A stretch of 56,710 nt of DNA, from positions 1-56,710 of the forward strand of contig JBBIKX010000002.1 in the NCBI GenBank assembly GCA_037445205.1. Reading direction: 5' to 3'. The notes under the pieces are model-generated. The model saw nothing but the letters and a program-made list of their open reading frames with translations. It did no database searches and was not told where the DNA came from. Source of the stretch: Candidatus Wildermuthbacteria bacterium. GTDB taxonomy: Bacteria > Patescibacteriota > Minisyncoccia > Minisyncoccales > PEYH01. Positions 37,169 to 44,504 of this stretch are shown here, one piece after another. The stretch's first letter is position 1; every line of letters starts with the position of its first letter. A program made the translations under genes and the position numbers.

Positions 37169-37925
37169 AATTTTTTTTTGTTTTTTGGCGAAATTCGTCT
37201 AAAAGGCCAAAAATCTCAAGCTTTTCTTCTATTTCTTTTTGGCTGGCAAACCTTTTTAATGATTTTTCCATTACAAACAAGTCGGAATCTTTTTTAAAAT
37301 CCCTGCAGGCAAGACAAAGCAAATCATTTTTAGGGCAGGGCGCTTGACATCCTCCCAAAACCCAAGGCCCAAAACATATCTTTTTCTGCAAAAGAAAACA
37401 TTCCTGTTTTCCAACGCGCGGGCATTCCTGGCAGACAGAAATTTGCCTGATTTTGGGCGTTTTTTTAGAAACAAGCTGGTTAATAACCGTTAAAAACTCT
37501 TCCGGATTTATGGGGCAGCCCGGAATAGTGAAATCAACTTTTACAAAATTATCTACTTCTCTGATTTCCGGATTGGCAATGCTCTTGTCATTTTTGTATA
37601 TTCCTCTAATAATCCTGTCTTTATCGCGATAATTTTTAATCTCCTGCACTCCTCCAAGAGCGGCGCAATTTCCAAGCACTATAAAAAGTCTGGATCTTTT
37701 TCGCGCTTCTTTTAATATCTTCATCTGCTTTTGGGTGATAGGCGTGCCTTCAGCAAAAACAACGTCAAATTTTTTGGGCCAATCTTTATCTTCAAGATAG
37801 CTGAATTCCAAAAACTCAACGTTTTTGTTTAAATCCAGCAATTTTTTGCCCAAAGTCAAAATGGCAATTTGGCAGCCTTCGCAAGAAGTTAAAGAAACGA
37901 TCCCTATTTTAAGTTTTTTCTTCAT
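37152..37925 (-). CDS. [NiFe]-hydrogenase small subunit (group 3 delta-like) with Cys-rich C-terminus
   Basis: SLTSCEGCQ, LGNCAALGG, IPGCP and C-terminal CQECP...C...C...CQAPCP...CLAC cluster ligands. Confidence 0.85.
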   Translation of the reverse strand: MKKKLKIGIVSLTSCEGCQIAILTLGKKLLDLNKNVEFLEFSYLEDKDWPKKFDVVFAEGTPITQKQMKILKEARKRSRLFIVLGNCAALGGVQEIKNYRDKDRIIRGIYKNDKSIANPEIREVDNFVKVDFTIPGCPINPEEFLTVINQLVSKKTPKIRQISVCQECPRVGKQECFLLQKKICFGPWVLGGCQAPCPKNDLLCLACRDFKKDSDLFVMEKSLKRFASQKEIEEKLEIFGLLDEFRQKTKKNYENYH

Positions 37926-37943
37926 AGAAAGAGAGGGGGAGAA

Positions 37944-38630
37944 TTATCGCTCTCCCCGGGCGTTTTCGTGTTTGATGGCGTCAAGGGTGTATTGTTTAAG
38001 AATTTCTCTCTGATGGGGGCTTATCGCCTGACAGATTATGCCGCGATGAATAGTTACAATATCTCCGAAGGATACAACCGGGCCTATCCTAATCTCGCGC
38101 GGCATAACTTCTGTTCTTGGACAAATCTTCAACGCAAGCCGCCCGTTCCTATAGACAATCTCGCAAAGATTGTCTATGCGGACTGATTCATCGTCAATTC
38201 GGGAAACTTCTGCCCAGCGCACGATACAGCGGTTGATGGCGAGAAGAGTTTCTGTTTGCTTTGACAGCTTATGTCTTGATAGAAGAACCTGATGGTTGTG
38301 GTGTGGCGAACCATTGGGCTTATTGTCTCTCCTTGGGAAGGATTTATCGGTGAGATCATTGCCGACAAAATATGCCTCAACCACATCTTGGGATAGAGGA
38401 TCTTTCTTGGCGTTATCTCCGATTAAACGGAGAAAGTGGCCGGCGTTGGGCAATGCAAGAATTACCTTTCGCGCAAGAATTGCCCTTTTCTTGCCGGAAC
38501 AAGCCAGGAAATTCTCTACTTCCAAAACACCGCCAGCCTGCACAGCACAGGCGCCATCCCTTAAGGGCCCCAGAACATAACGTCCGGCAAGCGCAAGTCC
38601 CCGCATATCTCCTCCTTTTTGCGCCGTCAT
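37944..38630 (-). CDS. GC-rich hypothetical protein embedded in the hydrogenase operon; C-terminal third is weakly HypC/HupF-like
   Basis: 228-aa ORF whose ATG overlaps the hypC stop (ATGA). An alternative start at 38606 follows aaaggaggag. The region RCIVRWAEV...GDIVTIHRGIICQAISPHQREILKQY parallels HypC MCLAIPYKV...DFVLVQNNAIIKKLTKKEAKETL. Similarity was judged by eye only. Confidence 0.6.
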   Translation of the reverse strand: MTAQKGGDMRGLALAGRYVLGPLRDGACAVQAGGVLEVENFLACSGKKRAILARKVILALPNAGHFLRLIGDNAKKDPLSQDVVEAYFVGNDLTDKSFPRRDNKPNGSPHHNHQVLLSRHKLSKQTETLLAINRCIVRWAEVSRIDDESVRIDNLCEIVYRNGRLALKICPRTEVMPREIRIGPVVSFGDIVTIHRGIICQAISPHQREILKQYTLDAIKHENARGER

Positions 38631-38830
38631 TTTCTTAAAAAGAGCTTTAATGTTTCTTTGGCTTCCTTTTTGGTAAGCTTTTTTATTATAGCATTATTCT
38701 GAACCAGCACAAAATCTTTGGGATTTACCTCAATTAAGCTGTTTTGAGCGGTTCTTTTCTCGCCCAACATATCAAGCTCTATTTTCCCGTCTTTTGTGCT
38801 AATTACTTTATAGGGTATGGCAAGGCACAT
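38627..38830 (-). CDS. hypC: Hydrogenase maturation chaperone HypC
   Basis: MCLAIP N-terminus, 67 aa, starting 4 nt after the leuS stop. Confidence 0.85.
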   Translation of the reverse strand: MCLAIPYKVISTKDGKIELDMLGEKRTAQNSLIEVNPKDFVLVQNNAIIKKLTKKEAKETLKLFLRK

Positions 38831-38833
38831 TTT

Positions 38834-41569
38834 TTAAACGACGAAATTGATTACTTTGTCTTTGACAAAGATTGTCTTTTTGATTTCTTTTTTATTGAGC
38901 CATTTTTGGATCTTGGGCGATTTTAAGACGATTTTTTGGGCTTCATTTTCGGAAATTCCAGCCGATGTCTCAATTTGATCCCGCACCCTTCCATTAACTT
39001 GCGCTACTAAAACCACCTTTTCATCTTCTATCAGCTCCTGATCATATTCCGGCCAACTTTCTTTAAAAATTGACTTGATTTGTTTGGGATTTGGAATTTG
39101 TGATTTGGGATTTGTTTGGAATTTGGAATTTATGATTTGGGATTTGCCGAGGAGTTGATGCAACTCCTCGGATATGTGCGGCGCGAATGGCGCCAATAGC
39201 CTAACTAACAACTCGCAATCTACAACCGATAACTCCTTTTCTTTCTCCATTTCGTTGACAAGCTCCATTATCGCGGCAATGGCAGTGTTGAATTTTTGCG
39301 CCTCAATATCTTGGGTAACCTTTTTAATTGTCTTATGAATTAATTTTTTAATTTTTTGATTTTGGATTTTTGATTTTTGATTTGTCTGGAATTTAAGATT
39401 TAGGATTGCGGATTTTTCAAAAAGTCGCCAAATTTTTTGAAGAAACCTCTGCGCTCCCAAAATCCCCTGCGAATCCCATGCAATCGGCTGATCAAAAGGC
39501 CCCATAAACATTTCATAAATTCTGAATGTATCAGCCCCGTATTTTTCAATAATTTCATCCGGGTTAATTACATTGCCCCGTGATTTGGACATTTTCTGGC
39601 CATCGGGCGCCAAAATAAGCCCGATTGTTTTTAATTTAGAAAACGGCTCTTTAAAGTTGATTATTTTGGAGTCGTATAAAGCTTTTATCCAAAAGCGGGC
39701 GTATAAAAGATGCAAAACCGCATGTTCTGCTCCCCCCACATAAAAATCCACCGGCAACCAGTATTTCAATAATTTCGAACCACCGCCCTTTTTCAAAAGG
39801 ACGGGGCCCAGCTCATCTGTAGATGGGCTGTGGTTTTGGATTTTAGATTTTGGATTTGAGCTTACGCAGTAGGCGATGAAGTACCAGCAAGATCCGGCCC
39901 ATTGAGGCATCGTGTTTGTCTCCCTTATCGCTTTGCCGTTGCATTTCGGGCATTTTGTTTCCTTCCAATCTTTAACTGCGGACAGCGGCGACTCACCCGT
40001 GCCTGTTGGCTGATATTTCTCAACTCTTGGAAGTTCAAGGGGCAGCTCTTTTTCCGGCAATGCCACCCATCCGGGATTTAACAATTCTCCTAGGTGAAAC
40101 TCTAAATTTTGAATTTTGAATTTTGAATTTTGAATTTGTTTGGGATTTGTAATTTGTAATTTGTAATTTTTTACTGTTTTTTCGCAATTTCCGCAAAAAA
40201 CAAGCGGGATCGGCTCTCCCCAATATCTTTGACGGGAAAAAATCCAATCGCGCAGCTTATAATTCACTGCTTCTTTAGCCAGATTTTTTTCGGCCAACCA
40301 TCTCGTTATTTCTTTTTTTGCTTTTTCGCTTTTTATCCCGTCAAAATTTCCTGATTTCATGAGAATTCCCTCTCCCTCATAAGCCCCATTATTTTTTTTT
40401 GAATTTTGGATTTGGAATTTAGACGGCCTTATAACTTCAATGATTTCTATGTTATATTTTTTAGCAAACTCATAATCTCTTTTATCGTGCGCCGGCACTC
40501 CCATAATGGCGCCGTACCCATAAGATAGCAAAACATAATCAGCGATATATATAGGGATTTTTTTCTGATTCGCCGGATTTATGGCTTTTATTCCTTCTAT
40601 TTCAACCCCTGTCTTGTCTTTTATTCCAGCAATCCTTTTTCTTTCTGTTTTCTTTTTTGCCTTTTTAAGATATTCTTTAACCTCCTCTATATTTTGGATT
40701 TTGGATTTTGGATTTTTGAAGAGCGAGGCAACGAATTCGTGTTCCGGAGCCAAAACTAAAAAAGTTGCGCCAAAAATCGTTTCCGGTCTTGTGGTGAACG
40801 ATTTGATGAATTCTTTTGAATTTTCAATTTGAGATTTGTAATTTATTTTGGCTTTGGAATTTATAATTTGAAATTTTATTATTGCTCCTTCTGATCTCCC
40901 TATCCAATTCCTTTGCATTTCTTTAATCTGTTCCGGCCAGTCCAATTTATCCAATCCCTGTAACAATTTCTCTGCATAATCGGTAATTCTTAAGACCCAT
41001 TGTTCAATTTTCTTTTTAACGACTGCCGCTTGGCACCTCTCGCATTTGCCGTCAATCACTTCCTCATTTGCCAGCCCGGTTTTGCAGGAAGGGCACCAGT
41101 TAATCGGCAGATTTGCCCGATAAGCCAGACCTCTTTCAAATAATTTGAGAAAAATCCATTGCGTCCATTTATAATATTCTGGGTCAGCAGTGGAAATCTC
41201 CCGCGACCAGTCATAGGAAAGCCCGATTCTTTTCATCTGCTCTTTGAATCTCTTAATGTTTTGCTTTGTGGTAATTTCGGGATGAATGCCTGTTTTTATG
41301 GCATAATTTTCTGCGGGCAGGCCAAAAGCATCCCAGCCCATGGGATGTAAAACATTATATCCTCTCATTCGCATATAATGGGCAATGACATCTGTTCCGA
41401 TATATCCTCGCGGGTGACCCACATGAAGTCCGGCGCCCGAAGGATAAGGAAACATATCTAAAATGTAAAGTTTTGGCTTTTCGGAATTGTCTTTTGCCTC
41501 AAAAATTCTTTCCTTTTCCCAAAGTTTTTGCCATTTTAACTCTATGTTTCCAGGGTCGTAACTCTTCAT
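38834..41569 (-). CDS. leuS: Leucyl-tRNA synthetase carrying seven in-frame low-complexity inserts
   Basis: HIGH-type GLHVGHPRGY, QKMSKSRGN and editing-domain and Zn-module motifs; 911 aa. Confidence 0.95.
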   Translation of the reverse strand: MKSYDPGNIELKWQKLWEKERIFEAKDNSEKPKLYILDMFPYPSGAGLHVGHPRGYIGTDVIAHYMRMRGYNVLHPMGWDAFGLPAENYAIKTGIHPEITTKQNIKRFKEQMKRIGLSYDWSREISTADPEYYKWTQWIFLKLFERGLAYRANLPINWCPSCKTGLANEEVIDGKCERCQAAVVKKKIEQWVLRITDYAEKLLQGLDKLDWPEQIKEMQRNWIGRSEGAIIKFQIINSKAKINYKSQIENSKEFIKSFTTRPETIFGATFLVLAPEHEFVASLFKNPKSKIQNIEEVKEYLKKAKKKTERKRIAGIKDKTGVEIEGIKAINPANQKKIPIYIADYVLLSYGYGAIMGVPAHDKRDYEFAKKYNIEIIEVIRPSKFQIQNSKKNNGAYEGEGILMKSGNFDGIKSEKAKKEITRWLAEKNLAKEAVNYKLRDWIFSRQRYWGEPIPLVFCGNCEKTVKNYKLQITNPKQIQNSKFKIQNLEFHLGELLNPGWVALPEKELPLELPRVEKYQPTGTGESPLSAVKDWKETKCPKCNGKAIRETNTMPQWAGSCWYFIAYCVSSNPKSKIQNHSPSTDELGPVLLKKGGGSKLLKYWLPVDFYVGGAEHAVLHLLYARFWIKALYDSKIINFKEPFSKLKTIGLILAPDGQKMSKSRGNVINPDEIIEKYGADTFRIYEMFMGPFDQPIAWDSQGILGAQRFLQKIWRLFEKSAILNLKFQTNQKSKIQNQKIKKLIHKTIKKVTQDIEAQKFNTAIAAIMELVNEMEKEKELSVVDCELLVRLLAPFAPHISEELHQLLGKSQIINSKFQTNPKSQIPNPKQIKSIFKESWPEYDQELIEDEKVVLVAQVNGRVRDQIETSAGISENEAQKIVLKSPKIQKWLNKKEIKKTIFVKDKVINFVV
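39074..39142 (-). repeat. Heptamer repeat insert 7 in leuS (encodes SQIINSKFQTNPKSQIPNPKQIK)
   Basis: Plus strand reads cttgatttgtttgggatttggaatttgtgatttgggatttgtttggaatttggaatttatgatttggg. Confidence 0.9.
39347..39400 (-). repeat. Heptamer repeat insert 6 in leuS (encodes NLKFQTNQKSKIQNQKIK)
   Basis: Plus strand reads ttttttgattttggatttttgatttttgatttgtctggaatttaagatt. Confidence 0.85.
39833..39859 (-). repeat. Heptamer repeat insert 5 in leuS (encodes SNPKSKIQN)
   Basis: Plus strand reads gttttggattttagattttggatttga. Confidence 0.85.
40103..40174 (-). repeat. Heptamer repeat insert 4 in leuS (encodes VKNYKLQITNPKQIQNSKFKIQNL)
   Basis: Plus strand reads (aattttg)x4, atttgtttgggattt, then (gtaattt)x3. 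It contains the 23-mer shared with 35802-35824. Confidence 0.9.
40394..40423 (-). repeat. Heptamer repeat insert 3 in leuS (encodes SKFQIQNSKK)
   Basis: Plus strand reads tttttttgaattttggatttggaatttaga. Confidence 0.85.
40691..40717 (-). repeat. Heptamer repeat insert 2 in leuS ((AAAATCC)n, encodes KNPKSKIQN)
   Basis: Plus strand reads attttgg attttgg attttgg attttt. Confidence 0.9.
40814..40873 (-). repeat. Heptamer-mosaic repeat insert 1 in leuS (encodes FQIINSKAKINYKSQIENSK)
   Basis: Plus strand reads ttgaattttcaatttgagatttgtaatttattttggctttggaatttataatttgaaa, made of NNATTTN 7-mers. Confidence 0.8.
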
Positions 41570-41619
41570 ATTTTTTATTTTAATTCATAACCGGCCCTCT
41601 TTCAATCCAAAAATAAGAA

Positions 41620-41638
41620 GGCCAAGACTGGCTTGGCC
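41620..41638 (-). terminator. Rho-independent terminator after the prs-like gene (ggccaag/cttggcc stem, then a T-run on the minus strand)
   Basis: 7-bp stem followed on the minus strand by ttcttattttt. Confidence 0.55.
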
Positions 41639-41660
41639 CTCAACATCCTCCTTGAACGGA

Positions 41661-42632
41661 TCATTCCTCAAACAGCTGGCTTACTGATCCGCCCTCTATG
41701 GATATTTCGCGTATGGCGTCTGCCAAAAGCGGGGCGATAGAAACTATGGTCAAAGGAAGCATTTTTTTTGCTTTCCCGGACTGGGGAACGGTGTCTGTGA
41801 TGACGATCTCTTGAATGAGGGGACAAGAAAGGTTTTTGATGGTTTCATCGCCGCAAAGAGCGTGAGTGGCAAAAACGATGATCTCTCTGGCCCCCATCTC
41901 TGTTAGCTTCTCAACCACGGCTTTAATAGTCGTTCCTTTGACGATCTTGTCGTCCCAAAGAAGAACTCTCCTGCCCTTCACCTCGCCGTACACATGACGA
42001 ACAATCACCTCATCTCCGCTTACGCGCTCCTTTTCCACCGGAACCACCGGAATTCCCGCTTTTTCTGCGATCTTTCTTGCAATCTTTCCAAAACCCAGAT
42101 CTCCGGGGACCATAACAGCGTCTTGGAAATATCCCCTCTTGACAGCATATTCGACCATAAGCGGAACTACCTTAAGGTGATCTTTGATCGTGCTCAGGGG
42201 AAAAAAAGCGGGAAATTGAGGCGAGTGAAGCTGGACTCCGATAAACCGCCTCATACCTGCCTGATGCAGAATAGCGGCCACCAGTTCGCCGGCAATAGGC
42301 ATTCTGCCCGCCCATTTCTTGTCTGACTGATCCCAGCCAAGATGAGGCACAACCAGATTTACCTCTTCTGCTGAGGCATTATACGCAGCGTTCACCAAAA
42401 ACGCCGCCTCTAGAAGATGGTAACAGGCGCTCCGTATGCTGGGAAGAAAGGTTTGAATAATAAAAACCCTCTTCCTGCGCATATTCGGAGGCAATACTAC
42501 CTCAAAGTCGCCGGTTCCGTACCGAAAGATTCTGGGCAAAAAGCACTCTCTGCCCAGTAATCTTGCCACCTTGCTTGCAAGCCCGAAGTGAGAAGTTCCG
42601 GAAATCACCACTACTTTTTCCATTTCCATCAC
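41661..42632 (-). CDS. prs: Ribose-phosphate pyrophosphokinase (PRPP synthetase) family protein, divergent and GC-richer
   Basis: Overall PRPP-synthase layout with the PRPP loop LLWDDKIVKGTTIKAVVEKL. The usual YARQDRK region reads GWDQSDKK. AAGGAG lies upstream, so the true start is probably an ATG at 42629 or 42623. Confidence 0.75.
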   Translation of the reverse strand: MMEMEKVVVISGTSHFGLASKVARLLGRECFLPRIFRYGTGDFEVVLPPNMRRKRVFIIQTFLPSIRSACYHLLEAAFLVNAAYNASAEEVNLVVPHLGWDQSDKKWAGRMPIAGELVAAILHQAGMRRFIGVQLHSPQFPAFFPLSTIKDHLKVVPLMVEYAVKRGYFQDAVMVPGDLGFGKIARKIAEKAGIPVVPVEKERVSGDEVIVRHVYGEVKGRRVLLWDDKIVKGTTIKAVVEKLTEMGAREIIVFATHALCGDETIKNLSCPLIQEIVITDTVPQSGKAKKMLPLTIVSIAPLLADAIREISIEGGSVSQLFEE

Positions 42633-42663
42633 TCCTTTTGTAAAGTTGCTTATATAGACTACA

Positions 42664-43512
42664 TTATAGGCCTTTATTTGTCAAAAAAAGATTTTGAGCG
42701 TTATGTGTTGCTGCCGCGACGAGGTTTTTAACGCTAATTTTTTTGATTTTGGCGATTTTTTGGGATATAAGTTTCACTCCTAAGGGATCATTTCTTTTTT
42801 TGTATCCGGGAACAGAAAGATAGGGGCAGTCGGTTTCCAAGAGAATTTTTTCCAAGGGAGTTTTTTTAATGATTTTATCTAAATCAAGCTTGAAAATTAT
42901 TCCGTTGAATCCAAGATGTAGCCCCATTTCTAAATATTTTTTTGCCTGCTCTAAGTTCCCGGTAAAACAATGCACTGCTCCTTTTATTTTTCCGCTTTTT
43001 ACTTTCCGCTTTTTGCTTAAAATCTCTATAAGTTCTTGATGTGCCATTCTGCAATGAAAAATAACCGGGAGGTTCAATTCGCCGGCTAATTTCAATTGCT
43101 CAAGCAGAGTTTCTTTTTGTCTCTTTTTGAATTCCTCTAATTTATTTTTTGTTTTTGGTTTCCAATAATAATCCAGACCGGTTTCGCCGATAGCCACTAC
43201 TTTTTCTGATTTCGCCAAATCTTTGTATTTTTCATAATCAAAAAAGTTTTCTTTTTGAGAATTTTTGCCTGTTTCTTCATCATCGTTTTTTATCTTTATC
43301 AACCCTGTTTCCAAATGAATCGGATGAAGCCCGATTGCCGCCCAAATTCCTTCTTTATAATCTTTGGCAATCTCTACCGCTTTTCTTGAAGTGGAAAAAT
43401 TACTGCCCACATTTATCATCCAGACTTTTTGCTTAAGGCAATTTTTAATTACCCAGTTTCTGTCTTTATCAAAGGCACGAAAATTAAGATGAGCGTGGGT
43501 GTCAATTAACAT
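42664..43512 (-). CDS. tatD: TatD-family metal-dependent hydrolase
   Basis: LIDTHAHL start and the later IGETGLDY, HCR and ETDCPYL motifs. Confidence 0.9.
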   Translation of the reverse strand: MLIDTHAHLNFRAFDKDRNWVIKNCLKQKVWMINVGSNFSTSRKAVEIAKDYKEGIWAAIGLHPIHLETGLIKIKNDDEETGKNSQKENFFDYEKYKDLAKSEKVVAIGETGLDYYWKPKTKNKLEEFKKRQKETLLEQLKLAGELNLPVIFHCRMAHQELIEILSKKRKVKSGKIKGAVHCFTGNLEQAKKYLEMGLHLGFNGIIFKLDLDKIIKKTPLEKILLETDCPYLSVPGYKKRNDPLGVKLISQKIAKIKKISVKNLVAAATHNAQNLFLTNKGL

Positions 43513-43528
43513 AAAATTTGAAGCAAAT

Positions 43529-43545
43529 CAGAGGCCCAACCTCTG
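43529..43545. repeat. REP-like hairpin, copy 1 (cagagg cccaa cctctg), downstream flank of the RAYT gene
   Basis: 6-bp stem and 5-nt loop, in inverse orientation relative to copies 2 and 3. Confidence 0.8.
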
Positions 43546-43549
43546 TTTT

Positions 43550-44299
43550 TTATTCCAGGGCAAGTTTGGCAAATTTTTTAATCTCACCTTTATATTTCAC
43601 CCAATTCTCAATAAAATCCCTGCAACCCTGTTCGTCGCCCATTATTTTAAGCAAAAATTTTCTCTCAGTCAGCGAGGGAAAATTCTTTTTGCCAAGATAG
43701 TCAAAATAGCTGGACCATCTATATTCTTCTTCTAAAAATTTAATTACTCTGTTTGGATTATTAATTCCAAACTCTTTCCATTTCGGTTCTGTGAAAGAAA
43801 TCGGATTAGCATGAATATACACAAAAACAGTTTTTAACTGCTCGTCGGTTTTAATATGGACGGCAGTAAATCTTCTGAGAAGAAGAGGGCCCTGGCGCCC
43901 ATATTTCCTATTGAAATATCCTCCGTAGCCAGTGTTAAGCTTTATCATAAACCTGATAATCCCCCTATCTTTAATTTGACGCAGAAGCAAATGAAAATGG
44001 TTTGGCATAATACAAAAAGCTAAGATCTCTACCAATTTATCCCTTAAATCAACAGAGGTTGGGCCTCTGTTGACTTCTTTTAGAAAATCCTGTTCTGCTT
44101 TTTTAATTTGGGTTTTTATTTTACTCCGCTCTTTCCGCCGCTCTCTAATTACCACTGGATTAGCATTGTTGAATTCATAGATGGAAAAAATCGCCCGATA
44201 ATTATCATCAGTGTCTTTAAAAAGCAAATTATCATCAATCCCCTTTATAACAATATGATAAATCTCATTATTAACAAATTGTTCTTTTCTATAAGGCAT
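43550..44299 (-). CDS. IS200/Y1-type (REP-associated tyrosine transposase, RAYT-like) transposase
   Basis: HUH motif MPNHFHLLL and catalytic Tyr context VYIHANPI; flanked by REP-like hairpins. Confidence 0.8.
   Translation of the reverse strand: MPYRKEQFVNNEIYHIVIKGIDDNLLFKDTDDNYRAIFSIYEFNNANPVVIRERRKERSKIKTQIKKAEQDFLKEVNRGPTSVDLRDKLVEILAFCIMPNHFHLLLRQIKDRGIIRFMIKLNTGYGGYFNRKYGRQGPLLLRRFTAVHIKTDEQLKTVFVYIHANPISFTEPKWKEFGINNPNRVIKFLEEEYRWSSYFDYLGKKNFPSLTERKFLLKIMGDEQGCRDFIENWVKYKGEIKKFAKLALE
44053..44069. repeat. REP-like hairpin, copy 2 (cagaggttgggcctctg), inside the RAYT coding sequence (encodes NRGPTSV)
   Basis: The 17-mer is identical to copy 3. Confidence 0.8.
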
Positions 44300-44338
44300 A
44301 AGTATAAAGCATAATTTATATCTACAGAGGTAGCTTTA

Positions 44339-44355
44339 CAGAGGTTGGGCCTCTG
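44339..44355. repeat. REP-like hairpin, copy 3 (cagaggttgggcctctg), upstream flank of the RAYT gene; a partial copy acagaggta lies at 44324-44332
   Basis: The 17-mer is identical to copy 2 and is the reverse complement of copy 1. Confidence 0.8.
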
Positions 44356-44392
44356 TAAAATTAGCGAGATAAATATAGTTTATCATTTATGT

Positions 44393-44437
44393 ATAAAAAA
44401 GGAAGAGCCTTCGGGCAAAAAATTGCACCGAAGGCTC
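44393..44437 (-). terminator. Rho-independent terminator of the GC-rich 264-aa gene (gagccttcgg/ccgaaggctc 10-bp stem, then ttccttttttat on the minus strand)
   Basis: Perfect 10-bp stem with a T-run downstream in the minus orientation. Confidence 0.65.
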
Positions 44438-44504
44438 AAGGTGTTTAAGAGGATCAAGTCCTCAAGCGTTCAAGGCTCAGATCTGCCCCGTAGTGAGCTT
44501 CGCT

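Noticed and set aside
39074-40873. Possible CRISPR array suggested by many short repeats in leuS, and similarly in metG, ileS and 35802-35896
   Set aside because: The repeats are 7-nt units in tandem with no constant 25-40-nt repeat alternating with unique spacers. They lie inside intact reading frames, and no cas genes are present.
41640-41660. AAGGAGG-ATG mini-ORF (14 codons) downstream of the prs-like gene
   Set aside because: There is zero spacing between the SD-like motif and the ATG, and it overlaps the terminator hairpin. It is almost certainly fortuitous.
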